A stretch of 64,000 bases of DNA from Octopus sinensis (lineage: Eukaryota). Below are positions 38,524-51,279 of the stretch, piece by piece (position 1 is the first letter of the stretch; each line of letters begins with the position of its first letter). Position numbers and translations under genes: made by a program. Location of the stretch: the NCBI RefSeq assembly GCF_006345805.1, contig NC_043008.1, positions 10,912,001 through 10,976,000 of the forward strand. Reading direction: 5' to 3'. The notes under the pieces were generated by a model that was not told the DNA's origin, did not search any database, and worked only from the letters and a program-made list of their open reading frames with translations.

Positions 38524-39774
38524 TGTACACGCACACACACACACACACACTAACAGCGGTCTTAGGTCATTAGGCCATATGTTCAAAATGTGTTTGTATC
38601 GACCATTGCACCAATGATTTATATCAAACCTTCGTTACATTGAGGCATTTATACCACATGAATGTACGATGAAAGGTGTTTGGAGTTTCCTTGGGGAAAT
38701 ATAACTTCATACTGGTTTCATATATTCCCTAAAGGCTCATTTCAGAAAAACACACGCGCCATTACTTTAATGGGCTTATGTTTACTGGCTAATATATTAC
38801 AAATAAGAGACAGACAAGTAGTTTTATTAACAAGGTCAGTAGACTAGAGCGGTATTTCCATGAGAATATCGTGTTGTTTGCGTGGAATTAGGAGAGAATA
38901 AATCGATAGTGTTAACTTTGTTTATCATTTTTGCGTTCAATGTGTTGTGTGATTCGCCATATAAATTCTGATAATGTCTCCATGTTATGATGAAGTGTAA
39001 ATTAGTGTTGCTGTCTTTTATTATCTATTTGTCCTATAGTGAATTTAGCACGTTACACTTATCAACTTGAATTGCTTTCGAATTCGTTTTTACGCTGTTG
39101 TAATCATTAGTGGAGACATTAGTTACGGTCAATTTCCAATTTACTATATGATGTCCGTGATTTGCTTTTGTTTTGATCACTTTCCAAAATGGTTCCGTTT
39201 GTTATCTGTCAGGTTTGTTACAAACTTTCTAAACGCTGGTCCAATAAATTGTGACAGCTAAGTGCGCTTGTGTAACTAATAAAATTGTGAATGATTGGTG
39301 ACAACTGCAGAAATATCTACAGTTGGTTGGCCCTTATTCTGTCTCGTGCACATAATGTCTAAATTATATGTTTTTAATTAATGCAGTTAGGTTTTAGAGA
39401 TATATTTTGACTATCTTTTCCATTCAATATGTTACCTTAAACGTACGAATATTTCTGAAAGATTCCACTGAAAGAGAGCGTATGTTACTAAGATGTAGTT
39501 GATCAGCACACACGCAGTATAACAGTTCTAGTGTCATCTTGATTTATCTTTGCTAGAAAAGTTGGGAATAATGTTCCAAAACATATTGGAAATCTTTCCG
39601 GAGAAATATTGTCATTACTAATTGAAAAGTAAGTATTTCATCTAAAGGCATATTTTCCATGTAAAGAGATTTCGTCTTAATTCCGTAGTTGATATAGAAC
39701 AATGTTATTTCCTTGCTGGTCAAAAGTGGTCATTCATGTTTCAAGCCATCTTAGGCACAAATATGTTTGTAGGG

Positions 39775-39920
39775 TTAAGAATCTTCCTTTGCAGCTATTT
39801 GGTTTTGAGTTCAATCCCACAGCATGGTACCTTGGACAACCATTTTCCACTATAGCCCCGGACTAGCCAATGCTTTGTGAGTGAATTTGGTTGGCGGAAA
39901 CTGTGTGGAAACACTTTGTA
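39775..39920 (+). mobile_element. Old SINE family B-like head
   Basis: gagttcaatcccacagcatggtaccttggac...gtgagtgaatttggttggcggaaactg. Confidence 0.7.
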
Positions 39921-40020
39921 TTTATGCATATATATATGTGTGTGTATGTATGTGTGTACGTATATGTGTGTTTGTACATATGCATATGTGTGTATATATG
40001 GATTATCCATACCTAATTAT

Positions 40021-40275
40021 TTTGTCCAAGATTCTGCGTCGTAGGAGACAATTGGCATTATATAACTTTATATAACATTAAATACTGATCTCAAGTTTAG
40101 TGTTATGTCCTTGGAGATGAAGATCTTCGTCATTATTATAAACATTGTTTTAGCTTTATTTATTCGCTTGAGTAACTTCTCAATAACGTTTCTGATATAT
40201 TTTTCGTCATAGATACTTGAAGTTGTTTTTACTCTCTCCAGCTTCTGTCCAACTGTCTTTATAAAGGGAAATGGA
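40021..40275 (-). mobile_element. RTE-clade LINE fragment, region downstream of the RT core
   Basis: Minus strand GQKLERVK/NFKYL...RINKAKTMF..PIVSYDAESWT. Confidence 0.75.
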
Positions 40276-40294
40276 TAGGCGCTCTATTTTATAA

Positions 40295-40680
40295 TGGTGA
40301 AGTGTCCACTTACATTTATAAAGAAGACCTGCAATTGTCAGAGCCAGAAATCAAAAGAGGAGTAAGACAGCCATGTGAATTTTCACCAAAAATGGTGAAT
40401 ATTGATAGTAAATATGAATTCAGAGGATTAAATGAGATGAAAGGACTCACAGTCAATAGTATGAACATCAACACTATCAGATAAGCTGATGATACAGCGT
40501 TATTGGTTGAAAGCAATGGAAAATTTTCAGACATTGTTCCTGTTGTAAAAGAAAAGTGACAATAAATGGCGGTGCCCCAGCATGGCCACAGCTCATGAGC
40601 TGAGACTAGAATCAATAATAAAATTCTGAATATGAACATAAAAAGGAGAAAAACATTTGTTATTTGTAAGACAGAATAAA
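40295..40680 (+). mobile_element. RTE-clade LINE RT core fragment, interrupted by a SINE B tail at about 40566-40618
   Basis: IKRGVRQPCEFSP...NINTIR*ADDTALLVES (YADD with Tyr changed to TAA at 40482-84)...LNMNIKRRKTFVICK. Confidence 0.85.
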
Positions 40681-43367
40681 AGGTAAATATTATTTGATAC
40701 AGGTAAATATTATCTAGTAATATTACTAGAAGAAATGGCAGAAAAGATGATGGAAAGGTTAGGAGTTAATTGAGGATGCAAGGATATTGAAAGAGTTAAC
40801 AAAAATTATAAAAATTATGAAAAAAAAAACAAAGCGAAAAGCAAAAACAGAAAAACATTGGGAAAAAAAACTGGGGAAAGATGCTATTTAGCCCATCCCT
40901 CAAATTCAGCACCCCTGCTACTTTATCTCTTATATTATATAAATTTTTATCTTTAATTTTCCCATTCTTTGTTCCTATTAATTCATCATACGTTATTCCT
41001 GAACAGCTTGACATCCTTTATGTATCTAAGGTTTCATTTTTCAATGCGCTCAATGTATGATTTCCTTAAGAAGCACGGATGTGAACTGAGGAAGGTTTTA
41101 CATGTAAAAAATATACTTCATCCCATAGAATACAAACGTACGTTATTTTAAACTTCTTTCAATTATCTTATATTCCGAGAATACATTCGTAACTCTAGGT
41201 GAATCTATTTAATTTGACATTTTTATACAGCTGCTGTTATGTATAATGTATTATTTTAATGTCAAAACACAGACAAATATTTGTTACTCACCGTTCCAAC
41301 GATTATTTGTCCTTAGACATAATTTATCGAAGTCTAGAGGTCTAGAGGTCAAATCACCAATACATCCCTTATTCACTCCCTGATATGTTGTTTTGAGATA
41401 TGATGTGGAAACTATTGTTTTAAATAAAATATTTTATCAGAGACGAACATCTATGAATCTTCTTTTGAAAACGTTAAATTTCACTTTATCTTATGGTACA
41501 CAACTTCTTTGTGGATTTGAAATTCGAAAATTAAAAGCAAAGGTCAAATTGTATTATTATTAACCATTGTTTCATAAACTTTTCAAACACATTTTTTCTG
41601 CAATTCATATTCATATCATATTTATATTATTTTGTAATTTATTCAATAAGAAACTTTTAGTGTCACTAAACTATATCTTTCTGAAATAATTATTGAATTT
41701 GAAATAATATCTATTACATTGGAATGCGCAGAAATGAGTCGCAGAACAAATATAGAGAAGTGAAATGAAGAAAGAATAAATAAGATATTCTACCAAACTA
41801 TTTTCATCTCAAATTTTAATTTAAAATATGCAAACCCCCCACCCCCCAAAAAAACTGTAAAATATCATAAACGAAACGCTGCTGCTTTAACGTTATGTCA
41901 ATTATTTCATAATACAAGAATAGTTTCACACCTTTGGCAATGCGTTTCAATTCGATATTTGACTACAGTTGGAGATATGTGGAATGCATTCATTTAAAAT
42001 AACAAATAATTGTTACTCAACAACACGGTAGCAATTAATTATCTTTGGACAACTTTTATTGCATCCTGTGGAATCTGTGTAGGAGGAATTATCAAGAACA
42101 TGAACGAAGTTGTTCAAGTTTTTGTTTTGTTCCATTTGTTTGGAATTTTAAAAAAATGCTCATTTTGTATTTCAAGTAGTCTAACGAGGAATACATTATC
42201 CAGTGTATCCTTTCTTTTTAAGACCGTTGAGTTTAATCTAAGGGTGACTTAGCTGCTATTTTTAGAAGGTCCAGTGATCTCACGGAACTTTCTCTCTTAT
42301 CTATGAAATATGTAAATTGCAATGCCGCTTATTTCCAATTATTTATATATCAACTCAATTAAATCTTTATTCAAAACATCACATTTTCTCGCCCTCTTTT
42401 CTTTTCTCAGATAATTACACACAATCATTTTCTATTTCATTTCTTCTTTGCGTAACTTCAAAAACCCATAATTCCTTCTAACAGCACCAGTAATATAGAT
42501 TAAAGATGCAATTACATTACTGTCATATACATTTTATTTATTCAACTGCTAGAAACACTGTACAAATAACGATTCAACAGATGACACCTTAATATATAAT
42601 TTCTGTACAAATCACTTGTTGTCATAAAAAGGGGTTAACAAGCCCCCCGTATACCATCTGAACACTGAGGAAAAGGAAGAATTCTCATTGAGCTTCATCT
42701 ACAGCCTATTTATCATAGCAGCATGGAATAAAATCACCTCATTAATTTTCTAATAACTTTTGTAGAATGCATTAATGTTACAAATTCTTTCAGACCGCCT
42801 TCTAAGTAGCTAAAGATTAATACTTTTGCAAAGAGCAATGAAATATTTCTGCTCGAGTACCAAAACCTCTTAATATCACAATGGTGATAGTGATTACTTG
42901 ATGACATTACGTGAACTTGAGATATTGTAAATCTAAATTATATTTCAGATAATTGAACATGTTTTTGCGTGTGTGTGAGGTGAGTAGTGCGCAAAATGAA
43001 AGGGAAAATAATAAAGAATAGAAACGTACACGAAATGACCATTTATTAAAAGAGAACATTAAAACATTGATAACTATAATTACAAATATACTTTAGCTGA
43101 AGCATTTTGCTATAACTAGAAAACGTAAATATAAAGATAAAAATCATGTTATAATTTGTTAACCATTTCACAACGGTTTATCAAATATGGTAATTTTAAG
43201 GATATTATAGTCATAAAGTTCCTTTATCTATCTGAGACTGTGTGAATTCTGTCTTGGCAAAATAAACCGCTTCTTTGAGAAGAATGCAAATTTTGTATCA
43301 AAGACCATTTCACCAGCTATCGCTACACTCTCTGTTATAACATTCCTGATGTATAATTATCCTTACC

Positions 43368-43786
43368 GGTTTCTTTATTGCCCACAAGGGGCTAAACATA
43401 GAGAGGACAAACAAGGACAGAAAAACGGATTAAGTCGATTTCATCGACCCTAGTGCGAAACTGGCACTTTATTTATCGACCCCGAAAGGATGAAAGGCAA
43501 AGTCGACCTAGGCGGAATTTGAACTCAGAACGTAACGGCAGACGAAATACCTATTTCTTTATTACCCACAAGGGGGCTAAACACAGAGGGGACAAACAAG
43601 GACAGACATAGGTATTAAGTCGATTTCATCTACCTCAGTGCGAAGCTGGCACTTTATTTATCGACCCCGAAAGGATGAAAGGCAAAGTCGACCTCGGCGG
43701 AATTTGAACTCAGAACGTAACGGCAGGCGAAATACCGCTAAGCATTTCGCCCGGCGCGCTAACGTTTCTGCCAGTTCGCCGCTTTA
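43368..43786 (-). mobile_element. SINE family A dimer (head plus two full modules)
   Basis: Two tandem copies of the B-box/gtcgac/gtccttgtttgtcc module; flanked by a 43-bp imperfect direct repeat. Confidence 0.92.
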
Positions 43787-44564
43787 ACACTCTCTGCTAT
43801 AACATTCCCGGTGTATAATTTTGCTTACCTAGCTAGATACAAAATGTCACACTACCGTCTTACAAAAAAAAGGTAGGTTGCAGTTGACAATGTACTGCTA
43901 GATATATAGCAAGAAATTGTCTACGTTACAGTTTCCTTAGAAGTTCAGTAGAGAAAAGATACTGATCTTCTGTTCAAATAGCTATAACTTACTAATCTCC
44001 CTATGGACAGATTTGTGTATTGATTTCTGATGAAGGGCTAAGAAAGCAAGGAAGAAGACCATGGCGTGTTGTATATTTGGTTCTAAATTGTCTTGAAAAA
44101 ACTAGAAAGAAAGGAGAGAGGGAAAAGGAGAGGGAGAGAAAGAGAGAGCGCCATAGTGATTTCATGGCAAGATAAAATCTGTGACCGAACAAATTTATTT
44201 AGTTTCCACAGCTACGATGAAATAGTATTTCTATTTCAAAACTTAAAGCGTATATTTCAAGTATTCCTGAACATTGTACAGTGTACGGTATATACAGACA
44301 TACATAAATACATGTAGACACACAGACGTATATTCAAACATACATACATACATACATACATACATACATACATACATACATACATAACAAGAGCAGCAAG
44401 AAACTCTGCTATCGTACTGAGTACTTTTTGTTCGGTCACGTGACACTAAACACACACACACACACATACACACATATATATACAACCAAGTTATATGCAC
44501 TTATATATGGATTTTGCTTGTTACTTTTATACACACACACGCATATATGCATACGTTATAGTAT

Positions 44565-44596
<32 letters not shown>

Positions 44597-44779
44597 AATA
44601 TATAATGTATAAATATATACGTGTATGTGTATAAAACAGACACAAGCAAATCTAGATATAAGTGCATATACCTCGGTTGTATGGAAGAGGTCTTAAGTAA
44701 TTAACTCCTACTACAGCTCCTGACTCACTAATGCTTCGAGAGTGAAAAAATGCGCAGGATACTGTGTATATATGTGGAA

Positions 44780-45310
44780 CCTTCCATCTTCGTTGATGAG
44801 AAGACACGGTGAAAGGTGTTCACAACTTCTCCCATCTGAGGAGATCAATAAATCGTCATTGCTCTCTTGACGAGGAAATATCTCTTCGACTTAAGAAGCC
44901 ACTGACGTATTTTCTGCTCTTCAAAATCTCGTGTAGTCTCAGAAAGACCTGAAATAGAAAAAAAGAAGGGAGATAACTAGTCTATAAGCTTATGTTCTTA
45001 CAAGCCTTCTTTACTCTTGTGAGACCTGGGTGGTTTAATGAAAATATTTAAACTTACTGTAATGCTTCTTGCTGCGCTACATGAGAGCAGTCTTGGACAT
45101 TCATTGCATCTCACATGTTCCAGACGTAGAGGTAGTGGAAAGAGCTGATACACTCAGCATAGAATCTTCATATATGCAAGCACTACTTTCATTAGGAAGA
45201 ATATCTAATACGGTTGAACGATACTCGAATCACCAAGCAGATGCTTTACGAAGTGTTGGCTGAAGGAGAAAGGCTTCAGCAAAAACATAAGACGCGTTTC
45301 GTTTCAAGGA
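44780..45310 (+). mobile_element. Decayed RTE (BovB/Expander-like) LINE C-terminal fragment
   Basis: CSLDEEISLRL, LLYSCETW, ISHVPDVEVVERADTLSIES, MNDTRITKQMLYEVLAEGER motifs across frameshifts. Confidence 0.8.
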
Positions 45311-45829
45311 CAGTGCTGAAACCGGTATGGCATTTTATTAAATACGAGAACACATATAAAAAAAACTATGCGTTCCCAATTTACACGCATTCGATTATTA
45401 ATCTGTATCTGGTTTACTTAGAATTATTTGATGTTCGAATATATTTTGAAATAATATCGGAAAGCTATCGAGAAAATTTTTTAATCTCTTTCTTTCTTTT
45501 TGTTGAAATAATCGTGGGAGCGATGGCCATATAAACAGTTATATCAACGTCGCTTTTCATATCTAATTTTTTGGCATTCGTTGAAATAAGTGAAGAGTGA
45601 ACCAGAAACGAAAGACATTTTTAAATGTGTCATTCACATCATATTTTTTTAAAAGTTGAGATAAGAATTTTCTTGATAGCTTTCGTATTATATTTCAAAA
45701 TATATTCAAAATTTAGATAATCAAGTTTCCAAGCTGAGGGAGCGGTAACATGAAACGCACAGAACAGGTTATTTTGTGCCTATCACTTATAATGAACACG
45801 CTCTTTCTCCCACTTCCATATGCTCATAA

Positions 45830-45834
<5 letters not shown>

Positions 45835-45867
<33 letters not shown>

Positions 45868-45891
45868 TATATATATATATATATATATATA

Positions 45892-45960
<69 letters not shown>

Positions 45961-46068
45961 CATATATATATATACATATATATATGTCTATATATATATA
46001 TCTCATATATATATATCATATATATATATATAATACATATACAATATATGTCTATGTATATATATATA

Positions 46069-46128
<60 letters not shown>

Positions 46129-46135
46129 TATACAT
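45835..46135. repeat. (TA)n microsatellite field
   Basis: Directly visible. Confidence 0.95.
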
Positions 46136-46524
46136 ACACACACACATATATATAATACATGTATATAATAAGTATATGGGCTGTAGCCATCAAGGTTGGC
46201 TTTTGTAGTTCACGGCGACTGGAGTTACCACGGAGTAACTTAATATACTTCTCAGATCACGCACCAATTACCACTGGTATTATCGTAGTACTAAGCTTCT
46301 ACTGATGCTCTCCTACTACTATTGCCCGGGATCAGAGATGCTCATATTGTCGGCCACTAAGGGACATGCTGAACATGTTACGGTCAAACAACTGACAAGC
46401 AATTCTGTGGTATTGAGCAGAATATTTCCTGTAGCCCATCCTTTACACGAAGATAAAACAATGTACATGATAACACTTCTAATAAGTTAAGATGAGAAGC
46501 CATGAGAGCCACTGCATCAATGCA

Positions 46525-46531
46525 TTTATTA

Positions 46532-46597
<66 letters not shown>

Positions 46598-46649
46598 TAT
46601 TATTATTATCATTATCATTATTATTATTATTGTTATTATTATTATATTA

Positions 46650-46680
<31 letters not shown>

Positions 46681-46688
46681 TATTATTA

Positions 46689-46734
<46 letters not shown>

Positions 46735-46741
46735 CATCATT
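46525..46741. repeat. (ATT)n/(ATC) microsatellite
   Basis: Directly visible. Confidence 0.95.
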
Positions 46742-46744
46742 ACC

Positions 46745-46965
46745 AAGGCGGTGAGCTGGCAGAATCGTTAGCACGCTGGACGAAATGCTTAGCGGTATTT
46801 CGTCCGTCATTACGTTCTGAGCTCAAATTCCGCCGAGGTCAACTTTGCCTTTCATTCTTTCGGGGTCGATAAATTAAGTACCAGTGAAACATTGGGGTCG
46901 ATATAATCGACTTATTTCCTCCCACAAAAAATGGCCGCCCTTGTGGCAAAAGTTGAAACCATTAT
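46745..46965 (+). mobile_element. SINE family A
   Basis: aaggcggtgagctggcagaatcgttagc...gagctcaaattccgccgaggtc. Confidence 0.9.
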
Positions 46966-46977
46966 TATTGTTGTTGT

Positions 46978-47600
46978 TAAGACAGCGAGCTGGCAGAATG
47001 TTTAGCACGGTCAAAATGCTTAGCGGCATTTCGCTTCAAGGCATCTTTACGTCCTGAGTTCAAATTCTGCCGAGCCAACTTTGCTTTTCATGCTTTTGCG
47101 GTCGATAAAATAAGTGTGGTGTGGAAGCACTCCGTCGGTTACGACGACGAGGATTCCGGTTGATCCGAATCAACAGCCTGCTCGTGAAATTAACGTGTAA
47201 GTGGTTGAGCACTCCACAGACACGTGTACCCTTAACGTAGTTCTCGGGGATATTCAGCGTGACACAGAGAGTGACAAGGCCGGCCCCTTGAAATACAGGT
47301 ACAACGGAAACAGGAAGTAAGAGTGAGAGAAAGTTGTGGTGAAAGAGTACAGCAGGGATCACCACTATCCCCTGCCGGAGCCTCGTGGAGCTTTTAGGTG
47401 TTTTCGCTCAATAAACACTCACACACGCCCGGTCTGGGAATCGAAACCGCGATCCTATGACCGCGAGTCCGCTGCCCTAACCATTGGGCCATTGCGCCTC
47501 CACTTATAAAATAAGTACCTGTTGAACGTTGGCGTCGATGTAATCAACCATCCCTTTCCCCGAAATTGATGGCATTATGCCAAAATTTGAAACCGTTATC
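46978..47600 (+). mobile_element. SINE family A split by a nested SINE C
   Basis: Head at 46978-47115; resumes at 47506 with ataaaataagtacc...gtcgatgtaatc. Confidence 0.85.
47116..47505 (-). mobile_element. SINE family C, full length, with 11-bp TSD
   Basis: Minus strand ggaggcgcaatggcccaatggttagggcagcggactcgcgg...ggtttcgattccc (tRNA-like); ATAAAATAAGT at 47105-47115 and 47506-47516. Confidence 0.92.
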
Positions 47601-48360
47601 ATTGGTATTGCTGTTGTTGTTGTTGTTGTTATTTATCACTAAGACGACGTATTGTGAACGTTCTGTGAGGTTTTGGCTTGTTTTCATTGTCATAATCTAT
47701 TTTTGTATTCCTTATTTTTCGGTATAGTCTGTCGTGTTTGAAGCAAACTGCAATGGCCCGAGCAAAATTTATTCTTATCTGCCGTAAGGGACGACATTTC
47801 GTAAAGAAAATATTTCTTTTTGAAATATCGAAAAAATTTAATATGGCGTCATCTCCGTCGCCAAACCAAAAAGAGAGGAAAGTGGGATGTGGTTCGGAAG
47901 GCGAAATTTTCTATCACAGCCAGTTCCCTCCGGCTAATCTAATGAACATGGAAAAAAGTACTAGCAGTAGAATCAAAAGCAAAAATACAAACAGCAGCAA
48001 GAACAGCAACAGTGGAATCACCACCGCCACCAACACCGAGAAAAGCAATGCCGACCAACGCAGCAACGACGAAGAAGAAACTCAAGAAAAAGAAAAGACA
48101 AATTCTTCACACAAAACCTGTGCAAATTCAATGAACGCCACTACAATCTATCGTTATTAACGCTAATACCGTCGTCTAAAACAACTAAGACCACGAATGA
48201 AGTGCTAACGCTTTCGACGCTACGATGCGAGAAGCACAAGAAGATCTAAAGCTGCCAATTGATGATTTAAAAAATGCAAGAAACATGTGATAAAGAAATG
48301 GGAGAAGGGTTACTCTTAACACTACCGAATCTATTGTAGAGGAAACACATAGAAAGAAAA

Positions 48361-48742
48361 TCTCTCTCTATATAAAGCTGATTTTGTCTGCGTGTGGCAG
48401 GTTTGGCAGCCTTCAACTAACACTATCTCCTCCGAAACCCTCCGGCTCGAGTTGACCAAAATTGAGAGTATGATAGAAGAAGGCTTGCTCTTCCTTCCGT
48501 AGAAGAACTTCAAATCGGACCATGTTAACACCAAAAATTATTTATTATTATTTTTTTTCTATGAAAGTCCCTAAATTTTACGAATTTTTGACTGCTGTGT
48601 CTCCATTTTTCGGTGCATTTCAACCAGAAAAATGTTCACTTAAAGAGAATAACAAGCTACATAATGCAAAATTTTTACTCTTCAAAAATTTCAATTCTAA
48701 AGGGTCGAAACAAACCCGAGCAACGCCAGGCGATACTGCTAG
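48361..48742 (+). mobile_element. Non-autonomous Helitron A
   Basis: A|TCTCTCTCTATATAAAG start; 3' cccgagcaacgccagg hairpin, 8 nt, then CTAG. Confidence 0.8.
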
Positions 48743-49138
48743 TCTTTATATATAAAAGAGAGGTTGTGTGCTGTCTGTCTCCTATGATTTAGATTCCTAA
48801 CTACTCCCACATTTTGCGGTGCAGTTCAACCAAAACCGGGTATCTTATAGTCGTGATTCATATCGAGCCCTTCTGGGTATTAGCGCGCGTCTACGATGAG
48901 TCTACGATTTAAAAAAATATTTACCATCAATTTTTCCCATTTTTAATGCATTTTTGGCATATATAAGGGAAGTAACTCTCTAAAAATTTATTATTAAATC
49001 TCAGAACGTAAAAAGCTACAGTTACACCCCACCTTTGTTGTTAGCCACATTGAGATGGTTATTATACTTTACATATCTAAAAATGCTTTTATAGTTATTT
49101 CCCTTACAAACCCGAGCAACGCCGGGCGATACTGCTAG
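48743..49138 (+). mobile_element. Non-autonomous Helitron B, head-to-tail with A
   Basis: TCTTTATATATAAAAG start directly after the CTAG of A; ends cccgagcaacgccggg-cgatactg-CTAG|T. Confidence 0.85.
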
Positions 49139-49771
49139 TAATTTATAAAATAGGAATAAAATGTTGTAAACAAGAACGTGCGACGCAGCCAGAAAGTGAA
49201 AAGTGTCTAAGACCGGCGTGGGACACAAAAGCATTCGTTGCAAGGAAGAAGTGATATGGCACTGTAGAGATGTGACATGCCATAGAGCAGAGGCAAGGAA
49301 ACAAATTTTTATCATTCTCACTCTTTTGTTTACCTGCTTTATTCTTATACTATAATCCAACTTTATTTCCATTGTACTGTTCCTAGTGTGTATTTGTGAA
49401 GACTCAGTGGTAAATAAGGAAAATGTTATTGTTGCCATTTTTGTTGCTGTTGTTGTAAATGTGCACATTCTCTGTAAAAGAGTCACGGTTAACAGATTTT
49501 TACTTACTCTCGCCACGTACGTATACGCAGAGTGAAAAGAAGCTACAAGAAAAGAAATTACATAAAACACAAAAAAACAACAATAAAAAAAAAATAAAAA
49601 GGAAATAAGAAATCTCCAAGTATATTTCTATTCATATTTATTCTTTTAGTTAAGTGTACACGTTTTAAAACTCATTATTTCTGGCATTAAATAACATCTC
49701 CAGGGATATGATGGAAATTATTTATCACTTAACGTCAATTATGATTTACATTGTCACTCTTTCACCTCTGT

Positions 49772-49999
49772 CTATGTACGTACGTATGTATGTATGTATG
49801 TATGTATGTATGTATGTATGTATGTATGTATGTATGTATGTATGTATGTATGTACGTACGTATGTATGTATGTACGTATGTATGTATGTATGTCTCTCTG
49901 TATGTATGAATGTTTGTATGTATATATATATATGATATGTATATATATATATATATAATAATATAATATAATATAATATATATAATATAATATAATATA

Positions 50000-50041
<42 letters not shown>

Positions 50042-50400
50042 ATAATATTATATATATAATATTATATTATTTTATATCATATATATAAAACACATTGATA
50101 TATATGCATATTTATACATGTATATATATATATAATATATATATATACATACACACATACACACATACAAACATTCATATATACATACATTCATACATAG
50201 ATACATACATACGTACATACATAAACGTAGGTGAAAGAGTGACAATGTAATTCATAATATATATATATATATATATCTATATATATATATATATATATAA
50301 TATATAATATATATATATATACAAATGTATACGTAAATGTATACGCATACACATAAATATGTATGTGTAGAGACACAGAGTAAGTCACGCGGCGTGTGTA
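49772..50400. repeat. (TATG)n, (TAATA)n, (TA)n and (CATA)n compound field
   Basis: Directly visible. Confidence 0.9.
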
Positions 50401-50934
50401 TATGTATGTGTTTGTGTTGGGGTGGATAAAGTATGTGAGCATTCAAGTTTGAGTGGAATTCAGAACGAGTGTGTTTGGAAATTCGCGCTGTTTCGTCTGC
50501 TTCTATATTTTCTATATTTAAATCTGTTAATATCTTATGAAGTAAATATAGTGTGACATCTGGATGCGAATACAGAGAAACTGATATTAAAAAAAATAAT
50601 GATACATAAAATAGAGGAGGGCAAGAGTTAACATTGTTACAGTGTGAGGTGTAAGCGAGTAAGAGAGATAGATAAGACGGGAAAGAGTGGGAGAGATAGG
50701 GTGTGTGTGTGTCTGTGTGTGGGAGTTAGAAATAGAGAGGATGCGAAGGTGACGGAAAGACGAAATCAAAACAAAAGATGAAGGACGGAATATAGAAGAT
50801 AATATATAATTTGAAAACTTCTGTGATTTTGAAAATTCCATTGTTATGATTCTATAAATATTAAGAAGAAAGATGTATCATAGACAATGAAAAAAAAATT
50901 GACAAAAACAAAACAAAACTTAAATGAATTTATA

Positions 50935-51035
50935 TCTGCGTATATATGTATGTGTGTATGCATGTGTATGTATATATTTATCTATTTCTGTATATATATA
51001 TATATAATATATATATATATATATCTATATATATA

Positions 51036-51092
<57 letters not shown>

Positions 51093-51205
51093 TATATGTA
51101 CATATATGTATATATGCAGATATGTATATTGTGTGTACATACATAAACACACATATATATATATACATACACACGCATATACAAATACACACATATACAT
51201 ACATA
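50935..51205. repeat. (TA)n/(CA)n microsatellite field
   Basis: Directly visible. Confidence 0.9.
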
Positions 51206-51279
51206 ACCGTTTTGTAGTTCGCTTGAAGCATTGTAATAGAGAAGTAGAATGATGAATGAAACGATATATAAAGACTGCT

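Noticed and set aside
44027-44065. ctgatgaaggg hammerhead-like start
   Set aside because: No stem II partner and no GAAA
49162-49494. Solo LTR (TG...CA)
   Set aside because: No matching TSD and no second copy in the window
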